Assembly (NCBI GenBank): GCA_964252035.1
Contig: OZ176212.1
Length of the DNA stretch: 64,000 nt
Strand: one strand, 5' to 3'
DNA from: Podarcis erhardii
Lineage: Eukaryota
Shown: piece after piece, positions 45,640-57,910 of the stretch
How the letters are laid out: the number at the start of each line of letters is the position of its first letter
Numbering within the stretch: the first letter of the stretch is position 1
Notes under the pieces: model-generated
What the model was told of the DNA's origin: nothing
Database searches by the model: none
What the model saw: only the letters and a program-made list of their open reading frames with translations
Program-made: the position numbers and the translations under genes

Positions 45640-45935
45640 CAGGGGAGCCGACTTGCCCCCACATTGAGGGAGCCCACTCATGTGATGCATTACATGATGG
45701 TGCTGGGAGGAGGCAGGATGCATGGAGGGTGATCTGTGCCCTTTGTTCATCTCAGCCCTCGCCTGGCTCCCGGGTGAGGGCAGGGGCACTTGGAGGGCAC
45801 TCGGTGGTGGCAGAGGATGGTTGCCCCCTCAATATTGCAGGGCTCAGCCCTCTGCCCACCAATATTGAGGGGGCCAAATGTGGCACTCCTGCTTCAAATC
45901 ATCTTGTGTATTATGTGCCAGTCGGAAACTTCCAT
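45640..45935. mobile_element. GC-rich MITE-like insertion with a 15-bp perfect inverted repeat, just 3' of OR B1
   Basis: gccccctcaatattg...caatattgagggggc (45823-45874); duplicate at 50568-50885. Family not identified. Confidence 0.45.
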
Positions 45936-45942
45936 TTCTGAC

Positions 45943-46935
45943 TCAGGGAGTAGATGTTCCTGTTGGCATGTTATCCCACAGACCTATACAGCCACATTTT
46001 CCTTTGGTATGCTTTTTCCAGGATCTGCCATAGATTTTCCACAACACTGCTTTGATCTCCTTGTTTCTCATGCTATAAATTATTGGATTCATCAGTGGGG
46101 GAAGAACACAGTAAGCCATGGCAACTGAACTGTCCAGACCCACCACAGATTTGGAAGTTAGTTTTAGGTTGGCGAAGATGCCAGTGAAAGTAAATAAGGA
46201 GACAACGCTGAGATGAGGAATGCAGGTAGAGAACGCTTTGTCTCTACTCTGTGCCGAAGGAATTCTGAACACTGTTTTGAAGATCTCCACATAGGACACA
46301 ACTATGAAACTGAAGCAGCCGAGTCCTAGACATGCACTCAAGCCCAGAGCCACAGCTTCAATAAGGTACAAGTCAGTACAGGAGAGCTTAAGTAGTTGAG
46401 GTATCTCACAGAAGAACTGATTGATGATGTTGGAACAGAAAGGAACAGCGAAGGTGGCTCCAGTGTGTAATGTTGCGAAAAGGAGACCACTGATCCATGT
46501 ACTAGTCACCATTTGGATGCAGGCTTCCTTATTCACTACTGTTTCATAATGCAATGGGTCACAAATGGCAACATACCGGTCATACGCCATGACTGTGAGG
46601 AGGAAAAAGTCTGATGCCATGAAGAAAAAGAGAAAGAAGACTTGAGCGATGCACTCCGAATAAGATATCAACCTGGTATTCATGAGACAGTTAGCCATGG
46701 CTTTTAGTATTGTGACTGAGATGTACCCAAGGTCCATAACAGACAAATTTGCCAGGAAGAAGTACATGGGATTGTGAAGATGGGGATCTGTGACCACAGC
46801 CACAAGGATGAGGATGTTCCCTAGCAATGCTGCCATATAGATCAGTAGAAAGATCACAAAATATACAAGCTGTATCTCCCGAACTTCAGAGAAACCCAAG
46901 AGGAGGAATTCCGTAATGGTGCTTTCATTGGACAT
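45943..46935 (-). CDS. Olfactory receptor, family-14-like (330 aa), type B1
   Basis: LHNPMYFFL, MAYDRYVAICDPL, KAFSTCIPHL, PPLMNPIIYSMRNK; extended C-terminal tail. Confidence 0.95.
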   Translation of the reverse strand: MSNESTITEFLLLGFSEVREIQLVYFVIFLLIYMAALLGNILILVAVVTDPHLHNPMYFFLANLSVMDLGYISVTILKAMANCLMNTRLISYSECIAQVFFLFFFMASDFFLLTVMAYDRYVAICDPLHYETVVNKEACIQMVTSTWISGLLFATLHTGATFAVPFCSNIINQFFCEIPQLLKLSCTDLYLIEAVALGLSACLGLGCFSFIVVSYVEIFKTVFRIPSAQSRDKAFSTCIPHLSVVSLFTFTGIFANLKLTSKSVVGLDSSVAMAYCVLPPLMNPIIYSMRNKEIKAVLWKIYGRSWKKHTKGKCGCIGLWDNMPTGTSTP

Positions 46936-47120
46936 TTTGTCCTTAATACATTTTGCCCTACAAAAAAACAGGTAGCATAACCAAAATTAGTAAGGCGGAA
47001 TTCTCTTTTTCTTACTCATATGCCCCCTTTTAAAAGGCTACTTTTAAAGTACACACTCCTCACATACAAAAAAAATTCATTGCCCCACCCCCACCCGACC
47101 CCTCTATTTTAATAGAAATG

Positions 47121-47360
47121 GATTTGGGGGTAGTGGTTGAGATGTAGCAAATGTCTGGTTATTGTAGGTTGACCAGAAAGAAGTACATAGGAGTGTGGAG
47201 TTTGTGGTTCAGGGCAACAACAATGGTGATTAGGAAATTCCCCACTAAGGCTGTTAAATAAATGGAGAGAAATATCACAAAGTAAAAAAAAAAAATCTTC
47301 TTCTCGGTCACTGGAAGAACCCCTCAGAAGAAATTCTCTCACTGTAGATTGGTTGGCCAT
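47121..47360 (-). pseudogene. OR type-A 5' fragment (N-terminus to TM2), frameshifted and truncated
   Basis: MANQSTVREFLL; indels near 47315 and in the poly-A run at 47284; homology to A2 ends at ATGGA (47118-47122). Confidence 0.9.
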
Positions 47361-48837
47361 CTTAATTCTTTAGTATTTCTTAAAACAATTTCTTGAAGAG
47401 CAGCTCTGTTATTGTGTTTTAGCAGCACCAGCAGAGGTGTGCTGCTAAATGTCTAAAATTAGAAAGGAGTTAATGAAAGTCTGTTGGATGAGGAAACATG
47501 CAGGCAATTGTATGTGGGGTTTGCCCCCTATCCCAATATGATGTAATGGGTTATGCCAGCAGTAGACATTCAACTGACACCATTCATTCTCCCCAGTACT
47601 AATAGAATTTTAGAGTTGAAAAGGAGCATGGGAACCATCTCTGCAAAGACCCATCTTGGTTTCATGTTGAATCAAGATTAAGAAAGTAGAATCAAATAGA
47701 AACTACAGCTTATCAGAGCAACCTTGCTATCAGATGTAAATAAGCAGATTTGCATTGGTTTCGTTGCATAAAGGACATTTACTATGGGGGGGGTTGTTTT
47801 TTTGTGAACCATAATGCTGCTTCTTTATTTAAAAAAACAAATCATATACCACCTAGCATTAATGAAAAATAATTTGGCTTTGGTGAGTGTTCGGGATTTA
47901 AGACCACTCACCAAAATTTTGAAACACCACTGTATTATCTTCTCTTACTTATAAATACTACCTATTTTTTCATAGAATAATCATGTCTTCATTAATCCTA
48001 CTACTGTATTAAACGTTTTATGGTCTTTTCAGAACTGAAATAAGAGCACTAGATGTAAAGAAATTTTAAAAATCTCCTTGGGGTGTGGTTGCATAAAGGA
48101 ACTTTACACTTGATGTTTTGGTATTTTTGCTAACCCAATGCTTTAACTTTCTTTTTAAAAATGCAAACCACACACTTCCTAGCATTAATGAAAAATCCTG
48201 AATCTTTCAAGCCCAGTCACCAGAATTTTGAAACAACACATTATTATCTTCTCTTACCTATAAATGTAATCACTTTTTATCAGAGAAAAATTATGTTTGC
48301 ATTAACCTTACTGCTGTATTAAACATTTGAGATCTTTTCATAACTGAAATATAAGCACCTTCCAAGCCCTAGTCTGCACTGAGGATGAACTAATAGGATT
48401 CTACTCACCTCTGTCTTTGTCTGGAAGAAGAAAGTTCCAAAATGCTGAAGTGTGGTCTTTAGCAGATGATTTATAGTTTGTGACAAAGAGGATTCAATTG
48501 AGCCTCCCTGCTTTCTGTACTGTTTCAGAGAAATCACTCCTTGGAGAACATCACCATGCGGACTTGCAAATCCTAATTTACAAAACAAGTGATGCAATTG
48601 TCTATATTTCCTACCATTATTTCCCCTCTATCTTTAAACCACTGACCCTTAACTTAACTTCAGTCTTATGTAAGGGATGCTTAAGAGTGACTTGCTGCTG
48701 AATGGAGACAGAATGGGAAACTGATTTCAAAATCTGCTTGGTTGTTATATCTTTTTTATTGACCAAGATGTCAAGCTGCATCTCAAATTCAGAGCTGAAT
48801 CTGATTAACATAAGTAAATTATTCTGACTATTCTGAG

Positions 48838-49035
48838 CCAGTATAGTGTGCTCAGAGTGTTGTACTAGGACTAGGGAACTCAGGTTCAAATCTCTGTTTA
48901 GCCATTAAGATAACTGGATGATCTTTCACCAATTTTCTCAGGCTATGCTACCTTACCGAGCTGTCTGGAAGTTAGACTTGGGAAGGTGACCTCCAGTTCC
49001 TTGGAGAAAAGCTGGGATAAAATGACAAAAAGTAA
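48838..49035 (+). mobile_element. tRNA-derived MIR/CORE-like SINE (duplicate of 43868-44095)
   Basis: Same sequence at the homologous position in the second duplication unit. Confidence 0.7.
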
Positions 49036-50891
49036 ATATTGGGAGCAAACCATCTGAAACAGGTCTATGATTATAAACTGGAACAATAGTTCTGTTTAAA
49101 GAAACTTGGGAAGGATCCAAAGCAAAATGTTATGCTTTGAAATAGGATGTGGGTGTGTTAGGTGTTCACACCTAGGGTGGAGATGAATTAGGAAAGGCTG
49201 AAGGACTCTAGATGGAATGAAGCTGGTTTGAGAAACAATACTGTTATGAGTTGCATCTTTATTCCTAGATCCCTTTCTAATTGCTGTATCGGGCAAGTGT
49301 TAAAATCTAAGCAAGGATTTTATTTCCTGGACTAGCCTCTGCTGTACCTCATTCCAAAGGAAACACAAACCCTGTTCATTTTGAAATGATTAACAATCTC
49401 TGAATTTAAATTGCATCAATTTATTACACTTTCTGAACACACTCCTCCTGTAAAATACACATTTTTCAATTCTTTACATTTTCAATTCTTTACGATTAAT
49501 TTCCCTATTAAATGTCCACTTTGTACATAAATATGTTTTGTGAGGTCTTCTTGCATTTGGAAACCTCATTGCAAATGCCATTGTTGGACATAATCGTGGA
49601 TCGGTCTTAAATATTGAGTCATGTTGTTGAAGTTATCAATGGGCTTGTCCCTACTTTTTCCAGTCTTCACTACTTGGACGATTGCTTCCATGATCTTTTG
49701 ATGCGAACTACCAACACAGGAATTTTATTCAGCATTAAATGAGAAGAAATTTCACATAAGATAGTTTTCTGAGAAGTGTGTGGCATATTTCAGCCCCTTC
49801 TCTCCCTCCCATCACAGGTTATTTATGTTACCAATAAGCAACCACAAACAGCATAAGAGATTTTGGAAGAGCATGTCACATCAGCTTATATTTCATTCAC
49901 CAGCTGCTAAGGAGTCTCTTTTATGTTCGAAGCATTAATGTCTGGCATGAAAAACTGTACTTTGACTTTCATTGCTGGAATTGGAAGTGCAACCCATTCA
50001 CATTTTTAAAGCAAAACATGCTGTTACTAACCCAACATATTAATGCTCAATGAATTCAAGTAACAATGACTCTGATGAATGAATCAAAATAGTTATAAAA
50101 AATTATTTGCCAAAGGCTTTCATTTGCACTATAGTTTTTTTTTAATAAAATAAGAATAATTCTGACTTTCTATCCACAATTATAACCTTCAAGGCAACTG
50201 AATTTATAGTAAATATAATGAAATAAAGGTTTAAAAAATCTGTTCTAGGAACAAGTCAATAGAAATTGTATCTCTTTATCTCTTTTCATACACCACACAC
50301 AGCCTTAGCAGCAATAAACAGGAAAAAGCATAAGAAAAGCCCAGATAATCCCCGTGAGATCCATTTCATATGCATGCTGAAATGGCATTATCTTAGCCTT
50401 GCATCTAAAGACAAGCAGAGATGAATCCAAAAGAACCTACAAGTAACACCATGATCTAGTCTAGTTTAGTCACCATTTTTTTACTAAAAAAACAAAAAAA
50501 CAATGGGACACAGAACAGGACAGGGTCATAATGAAGACATAAGAACATGGGTAGGTACATTTCAAATCATGGGAGCCGATTCCCCCCCCCCACATTGAGG
50601 GAGCCCGTCATGTGATGCGTCACATGATGGCGCTGGGAGGAGGCAGGATGCATGGAGGGTGATCTTTGCCCTTTGTTCATCTCAGCCCCCGCCTGGCTCC
50701 TGGCTGAGGGCAGGGGCACTAGGAGGGCTCTCGGTGGTGGCAGAGGATGGTTGCCCCCTCAATATTGCAGGGCTCAGCCCCCTGCACACCAATATTGAGG
50801 GGGCCAAAGCCCCTTATGGTCCCTATATGTGGCACTCCTGCTTCAAATCATCTTGTGCATTATGTGCCAGTCGGAAACTTCCATATCTGAT

Positions 50892-51884
50892 TCAGGGAGT
50901 AGATGTTCCTGTTTGCATGTTATCCCACAGACCTATACAGCCACATTTTCCTTTGGTATGCTTTTTCCAGGATCTGCCATAGATTTTCCACAACACTGCT
51001 TTGATCTCCTTGTTTCTCATGCTATAAATTATAGGATTCATCAGTGGGGGAAGGACACAGTAAGCCATGGCAACTGAACTGTCCAGACCCGCCAGGGAGT
51101 TGGAAGTTGGTTTTAGGTTGGCGAAGATGCCAGTGAAAAGAAATAAGGAGACAACGCTGAGATGAGGAATGCAAGTAGAGAAGGCTTTGTCTCTACTCTG
51201 TGCTGAAGGAATTCTGAACACTGTTTTGAAGATCTCCACATAGGACACAACTATGAAACTGAAGCAGCCGAGTCCTAGACATGCACTCAAGCCCAGAGCC
51301 ACAGCTTCAATAAGGTACAAGTCAGAACAGGAGAGCTTTAACAGTTGAGGTATCTCACAGAAGAACTGATTGATGATGTTGGAACAGAAAGGAACAGCGA
51401 AGGTGGCTCCAGTGTGTAATGTTGCGTAAAGGAGACCACTGATCCATGTACTAGTCACCATTTGGATGCAGGCTTCCTTATTCACTACTGTTTCATAATG
51501 CAATGGGTCACAAATGGCAACATACCGGTCATACGCCATGACTGTGAGGAGGAAAAAGTCTGATGCCATGAAGAAAAAGAGAAAGAAGACTTGAGCGATG
51601 CATTCCGAATAAGATATCAACCTGGTATTCATGAGACAGTTAGCCATGGCTTTTAGTATTGTGACTGAGATGTACCCAAGGTCCATAACAGACAAATTTG
51701 CCAGGAAGAAGTACATGGGATTGTGAAGATGGGGATCTGTGACCACAGCCACAAGGATGAGGATGTTCCCTAGCAATGCTGCCATATAGATCAGTAGAAA
51801 GATCACAAAATATACAAGCTGTATCTCCCGAACTTCAGAGAAACCCAAGAGGAGGAATTCCGTAATGGTGCTTGCATTGGACAT
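50892..51884 (-). CDS. Olfactory receptor, family-14-like (330 aa), type B2
   Basis: Intact; 9 amino-acid differences from B1 by my count. Confidence 0.95.
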   Translation of the reverse strand: MSNASTITEFLLLGFSEVREIQLVYFVIFLLIYMAALLGNILILVAVVTDPHLHNPMYFFLANLSVMDLGYISVTILKAMANCLMNTRLISYSECIAQVFFLFFFMASDFFLLTVMAYDRYVAICDPLHYETVVNKEACIQMVTSTWISGLLYATLHTGATFAVPFCSNIINQFFCEIPQLLKLSCSDLYLIEAVALGLSACLGLGCFSFIVVSYVEIFKTVFRIPSAQSRDKAFSTCIPHLSVVSLFLFTGIFANLKPTSNSLAGLDSSVAMAYCVLPPLMNPIIYSMRNKEIKAVLWKIYGRSWKKHTKGKCGCIGLWDNMQTGTSTP

Positions 51885-54172
51885 TTTGTCCTTAATACAT
51901 TTTGCCCTACAAAAAAACAGGCAGCATAACCAAAGTTAGTAAGGCGGAATTCTCTTTTTCTTACTCATATACCACAACTTAAAAGGGCTACTTTTGATTT
52001 GGGGAGAAGAAAATGTCATAATTTTGGCATGGGTATTGCCCTCCCAATCCCCTATTTCCTCCCCATTAACAATAACTGAATGGATTTAAAGTTTTAAGGG
52101 CGGGGGGCAGAGAGATATGTTTCATCATCTCTTAACACCAGAGAACAGCATAGTGCTGCCCGCTCTCCCCATACCAAGCTTATCCAATATGCCCATCTCT
52201 CAAATCATTAGAACTACAATAGAATTTAAATTCTTTGAATCTCATGGCACACACATAGTGCTCAGTGAAGAGCAGTTTATCATGCCGTGGTAGTATTGAC
52301 TGGGGATGGACGCATTAGATTAGAAGGTCCTACTTTTCCTTCCCCAGACACAGATAACTGCTATCTATTCTGATCACATATTTGGAGTAGGAGGCAGGGG
52401 TCTAGGAACTGTGTGAATCAAATGGCAACATTCATCCTGTCCTCACATGCAAAAAATTTCAGTGCCCCATCCCCCACCCCCACCCCTCTATTTTAATAGA
52501 AATGGAAATAAATGTCAAGAAAAATACATGAACTATTTTGATTGTGAGAGCGAAAGGCACTCATTGGTTAAGTGCAGACAGGAAAAAGGAAGGGAAGAAT
52601 TATGAACTGCTTAATTTTTACCTTTCAGTTGGATGATATGAGGTTGCAAAATATGAATAGGTACTGAACAGGTTGAGGGAACATTCAGGTTAACCTCAAT
52701 GAAATGCCATGTGTCCAATTTGCCCTACTGAAATCCTCAGAAGCTCACTTCTCCCCCAACAGAGCCTTTTAATAAATGCATTGCAGTCTACAGATGACAT
52801 CATACATTGTATCTGTGGTCCCAAGAGTGCACAAGTCATCGGGAAAGAGACTACCAAACTTATTCTCAGTAGAACTGGAGACTCTCAGGTAGTCTTTAAA
52901 GCTCATCAGGAGGGAATATGTGAAATAATGTATGTGTTTCAAAAGGATCAGAAACTTGAAAGTAATAGTTAATGCTGATTCAGGTTGTGAAGTCAGAATT
53001 TTGGAAATTAATTCTTCTTGTTTACTTGCCTGTATATTTACTTCTATTAATACATGTGCATACTGCACAAAATACTGGAACATCACCGTTCCCTGCATCA
53101 GGATGTCAGCATGCCCTCTCTATATGACCCCAGTTCAACTTAATAAAAAGGTGCGATGAAACAGCCATATCATAATGATACGTGGCATTCTCCAGTTGTA
53201 TGAAAACTTACATAGCCCAAATAGTACCAAACAGGCACAGTAGGGAGATATCTGTATCCTTGGGTTTGTAGTTTGTGAGAGAGTGTGTGAGTTTGTAAAA
53301 GAGACAGGGAGGGAGAGAAATTGGTACCAAATGCTGCCTGACTGTGGCAGGAAGAGTAGAAAACCAGAACACTGGAAGGGATTGAATGGATATCCTGGAA
53401 TAGGGCAAGGACATGACTTGTTGGAACCGTAATAGAAGCATTTTACTCTCTCTCTCTCTTTCTCTCTCTCACACACACAAACACTGTGTGTGTGGATCCC
53501 ATTTATTTGTAACTGATGGTAATTTCTCTACAACAGAGAATTGTGTAACCACCAAAAACTGAATTGTTGCTTAAGTTTTCAAATGTAACAATTAAAGTTT
53601 ATCACAAATAGCTTCAAGAAATTTACAGCTGGATACAATGTGATTATAATGTTTGTTGGAAAATTATAGTTAACAAACAAATTTAAATCGTAAAATTGAT
53701 GTCTCTCAGAAATGCAATTGCATAATTGTCATTAACCAAGTAAAACATTTTATATTGGGGTTCCATTTTCTTCATCTGAGACTCACACAATAGAGTTTTC
53801 AGGTCATTCTCAGCCTCATCATTATCTAAATTATTAATAACAGCTATATGCCCCTTTTCACAGGAACTCAGAAAGTAAAAAAATGGATTATAGTGTTACT
53901 GTTTTCAAACCAACTCTCTGAGGTAGCTGAGGCTGTAAGACAGTAGCTGTTCAATTCTGTCCTGTGAGATTATCACTGAGTAATTTTTTAAACAAATATC
54001 GTCTCACTGAAAGCCAGAAGCTCCACCACACCACATTTGTTAGACATTTCGAACAGTAACAAAGATTAGATGTTTCCCAGGAAAATGATCTACACATCTA
54101 GAACATTCAGCTGAACCATTTTTCCAGTCTTGTAGATGTGTGTGCACCTTCCCACCAACATCCCCACCTTTA

Positions 54173-55174
54173 TCAACTTACATTATTTAATACTACAGAG
54201 TGCATAGGTCCATTTTCCTGTTTCAGAAATCTGAGCTTAATTAAAGGGGAAGTCTTTCTCCTGGCAAGATGTTTCAGGGCCTCCTTGACTTTCTTGTTTC
54301 TCAGACTATAAATGAAAGGGTTCAGCAATGGAGTTACCACTGTGTTCAGTATGCTGACTACCTTGTTCAGGTCCAAAGAGAGATTTTTTTGTGGCTCAAC
54401 ATACATGAAAATGCAACTCCCATAGTAGAGTGTCACCACAATTAGATGCGAAGTACACGTAGAGAATGCTTTCTGTCGTCCTTTGGCTGCAGGGATCCTA
54501 AGTACTGTTCCAATGATGAAGATATAGGACAAACTTGTCACCAGTAATGAGCCCAGAAGCAGCAAAGCTGCACTTACAAAATTAATCATTTCAATTTTCC
54601 TTACATCAAAGCAGGCCAGCTTGAGTAAGGGGTCAACATCACAAAAGAAATGTTTAATGACATTGGGTCCACAAAATGGCAGCTGGCCTACCAGGATTAT
54701 AGGTGGTAGGACTGCAAAAAAGCCCCACATCCAGGAGGCAGCAATAAGCTGGAGGCAAAGGCGCATGGTCATGATGGCTGCATATCTCAGTGGGTTGCAA
54801 ATGGCAAGATAGCGGTCAAACGACATGACAGCCAAAAGGAAGAACTCACTGGAACCTGCTGAGAAGAAAATGTAGGCTTGCAAGATACAACTATGGAAGG
54901 AGATGGATTTTCTCTGACTCATGAAGTTGACTAGCATCTTGGGGATAATTGTGGTGGTGTAGAGAGCCTCCAAAATAGACAAGTTGGCAATAAACATGTA
55001 CATTGGGCTATGAAGGCTGTTCTCACAGCACACCAAGGTAATAATGATAAAGTTGCCTACCATAGCAACAGTGTAGGTGATGAAGAATAAAGTGAAGAGC
55101 ATTGGTTCATCCACTTTAGTATCAGAGAAACCTAAGAGAATGAATTCAGTTACAATCCTTGTCTGATTCCTCAT
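54173..55174 (-). CDS. Olfactory receptor, family-6-like (333 aa), type D1
   Basis: LHSPMYMFI, MSFDRYLAICNPLRY, HFFCDVDPLLKLAC, KAFSTCTSHL, TPLLNPFIYSLRNK. Confidence 0.95.
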   Translation of the reverse strand: MRNQTRIVTEFILLGFSDTKVDEPMLFTLFFITYTVAMVGNFIIITLVCCENSLHSPMYMFIANLSILEALYTTTIIPKMLVNFMSQRKSISFHSCILQAYIFFSAGSSEFFLLAVMSFDRYLAICNPLRYAAIMTMRLCLQLIAASWMWGFFAVLPPIILVGQLPFCGPNVIKHFFCDVDPLLKLACFDVRKIEMINFVSAALLLLGSLLVTSLSYIFIIGTVLRIPAAKGRQKAFSTCTSHLIVVTLYYGSCIFMYVEPQKNLSLDLNKVVSILNTVVTPLLNPFIYSLRNKKVKEALKHLARRKTSPLIKLRFLKQENGPMHSVVLNNVS

Positions 55175-56672
55175 TGTGATGTGCTGCTGAAACAGTCACT
55201 TGAGGAAATGGAGAGATGGGTAGCAGCTGGGCAGACAAATTCTTTTTCCACTCTGAAATTTTTAGATAAGACAGGCATGAATACTGTGAGTTAGAGAAGC
55301 ATGGAAGATTCTATATATCATTCCCAGTCAGACCATGTGTGGAGAAATCAATTATGCTTTCTTAAACCAAGGGAAAGAAGGGAAGAGAGAAGTATTGAAA
55401 GAACCAGAACTGGAATTCTATGTTTCATTAATACAAAACATTTGCCCTCTATCAAATTACACAATAGAATTGTGCAATAAGGCCAATATTTCATTTTTAA
55501 ACATAAAAAAACACTTTAGAGAGTGTTAAACATGTTTATCACCCATTAATTTCAAATGCAAGACATGTGAGTGATTTCCTAAATGTTCTAGTTTAAAATC
55601 AATGGTACTGAAAAGCACTAATTGATAACCTGACTCTTATTATTTAATTCATCCAACATGCCCCCAGCTTCTGTTTTAAACTCTTACTGTTGGAATATTT
55701 TAATAAAATAAATACACATTTTATTATCTCAGTATGTTTCACTTCTTCTATCAGTAGTGACACTGCTGGAATGAATTTTAGAACAGAACAAAGAGAATGA
55801 GGAAGCAGAGGAAAAAAGTGGATGGAACATAAACAGTGATGGCAAGAGAAGCAGAAGAGAAAATAGAACCATTCCCACCTCTCTCAGGTCTTCAGCAATA
55901 AGCCTTTATCTCTTTTCTCTACAGATGTAACTTGCACCCATAGGGTGCCAATGAAACCCCAATCTTCATTATCGGTTTCCCCTTCTTATTTTCATTGATA
56001 TGTTTTTCAAAATAAAAGATAATTCATGAAGCATAGTCTAATTAAGCTACATTTTTTTTTCTGCCTTGCCTCTTTCAGAGAGCTGCAGGGATAACAAACA
56101 TATATTTCCAAATAGCCAAAATTAAGCAATGGGTCCATCCTCAGCAATATTAATGTTTTTTTCAAGCTTCTTTCAGGTTTTCATTATCTTGGATTCTTAC
56201 CACCCCCACAGGAGAGAACTGGCTGAACAGAGAGAGCAGTTAATACTGTTTTAAAAGTTTAAAAGTTTAAAAGTTTCAGTGTAAATATTAGGTGAATGAA
56301 GAAGGCAGCAGCCTAGAACATTATAGTCCTTTATCCTTTTCTTCATGATAGAGACCAAATGAACACAGTGTTGTTTACTATAGGATATGTGGAAACAGTT
56401 ATTCATCAAAGGGTATGTATCCCCAAGGAACAAATTATATCAAGCCTACCAATATATCCCTGAACCAGTTCCAAAGCACTTATTTGCAGACATTTAAAAT
56501 ACAGAATAAATAATGAGATATTTTGTTTCTCTGATCACTGAATCTTCCACTGCTACAATAAGTGTATTCACACACAGAATTAAATGAGTTTAGAATTTGT
56601 GTATATAACAGGTGAGCTGTACACCTGTACAATTATTCACATGTAATGTTTAATGAGTGTTGAGTCGATATA

Positions 56673-57168
56673 CCGTATTTTTGGCCCCATAGGACGCACC
56701 GGCCCATAGGACGCACCAAGTTTTTTTTGGGGGGGGAATAAAGAAAAAAAATTATTTCCCCCACCCCAGGCACTTGTGGGGCCGGCAGTGGGGAGAAGCA
56801 CTCTTCTCCACACTGCCCGCCAGCAGACCAGGTCCAGGGACAGCGGGAAGACGCGCTGCACATCCCCGCTGTCCACGGAGCTTGCGGGGCTGGCGGCAGG
56901 GAGAAGCACACGTCTCCCCGCCGTCAGCCTCCAAACCACATCGGGAGACAGCGGGATGGTGGCGTTCCGCCTCCCCACTGTCCCCCGACCTTGTGGGGCT
57001 GGGGCTGCGGCTCTCCTGAAGCCTGGAGAGCGAGAGGGGTCAGTGCGCACCGACCCCTCTCGCTCTCCAGGCTTCAGCGAAAGCCTGCATTCGTCCCATA
57101 GGACGCACAAACATTTCCCCTTCATTTTTGGAGGGGAAAAAGTGCATCCTTTAGGGCGAAAAATACGG
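56673..57168. mobile_element. Tc1/mariner (Tc2/pogo-like) MITE, GC-rich, apparently young
   Basis: TA|CCGTATTTTTGGCCCCATAGGACGCAC ... GTGCATCCTTTAGGGCGAAAAATACGG|TA; internal 62-bp palindrome at 57016-57077. Confidence 0.9.
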
Positions 57169-57664
57169 TACATATTTACAAAAACTCCGTAGGGAGACAA
57201 CTTGTGCCTTGGTTTAATGTAATATGTGAGCAAGCCTATTGTCATCTGGCATGTTTCATTGGATTTGTGTTGGGTGTTGAACCTTTGTGGAGTTATCTAC
57301 AAAATGTCTTCTAGATTCACATTTGTGTGAATCTGAATGTCTCTCCTCAGGTGAAACATTTGAGGAAAGCAAAAAAAAAAAGTATTTCATTACAGCTAAT
57401 GAGATTTCTTGGGCTAGATTACATAAACTACACTTTGTGGTAGAATATGGCAGTTTAAGGACACTTTCCCAGACTTATTCAAAGCAGTTAGCAAAGAGAT
57501 AAAACAATAGGATCATGAAAAAAAAAAAACTAGAGCCATTCTTTGAAACATGCAAAGGTTAAAATACTGAAATAGTTTAAAATTGCCTCAGTTTCCTAAG
57601 CATCAGGGTAGACTTGTCTGAACTAAAATGTTTTTAGCTGGCACAAAAAATAGTACAGTGAATG

Positions 57665-57910
57665 CACTTGCTTGATCTCAATAGGCAGGGAGTTCCATAG
57701 TGTAGGCACTGCTACACTAAATGATCAAGTTTTTTCTGGCACTTGTAGTAGTGATGATTTTGCCAATCAAAGTGGTTCAGTGGGCACATGTGGGGTAAGG
57801 CAATCTCACGAGCAAACTGGTCCCACGTTATTAATGGCTTTATATACTAATAGTAACAGCTTGAACTTGGACCAATAGCAAATTGTCAGCCAGTGCAGAT
57901 CTCTGAGCAC
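57665..57910 (-). mobile_element. Degenerate L2 LINE fragment
   Basis: ggcagggagttccatag...agcttgaacttggacc...cagccagtgcag is typical antisense L2 ORF2 3' sequence. Confidence 0.55.

Larger units (their letters stand above)
42140..52505. repeat. Tandem segmental duplication: ~42140-47125 vs 47121-52505 (A-type 5' region plus OR B)
   Basis: Offset ~4.95-4.98 kb (42377->47360; 46935->51884); shared SINE and intergenic sequence. Confidence 0.92.

Noticed and set aside
56637-57245. 202-aa and 138-aa ORFs with internally repeated peptide
   Set aside because: Artefacts of the GC-rich palindromic MITE interior; not transposase-like.
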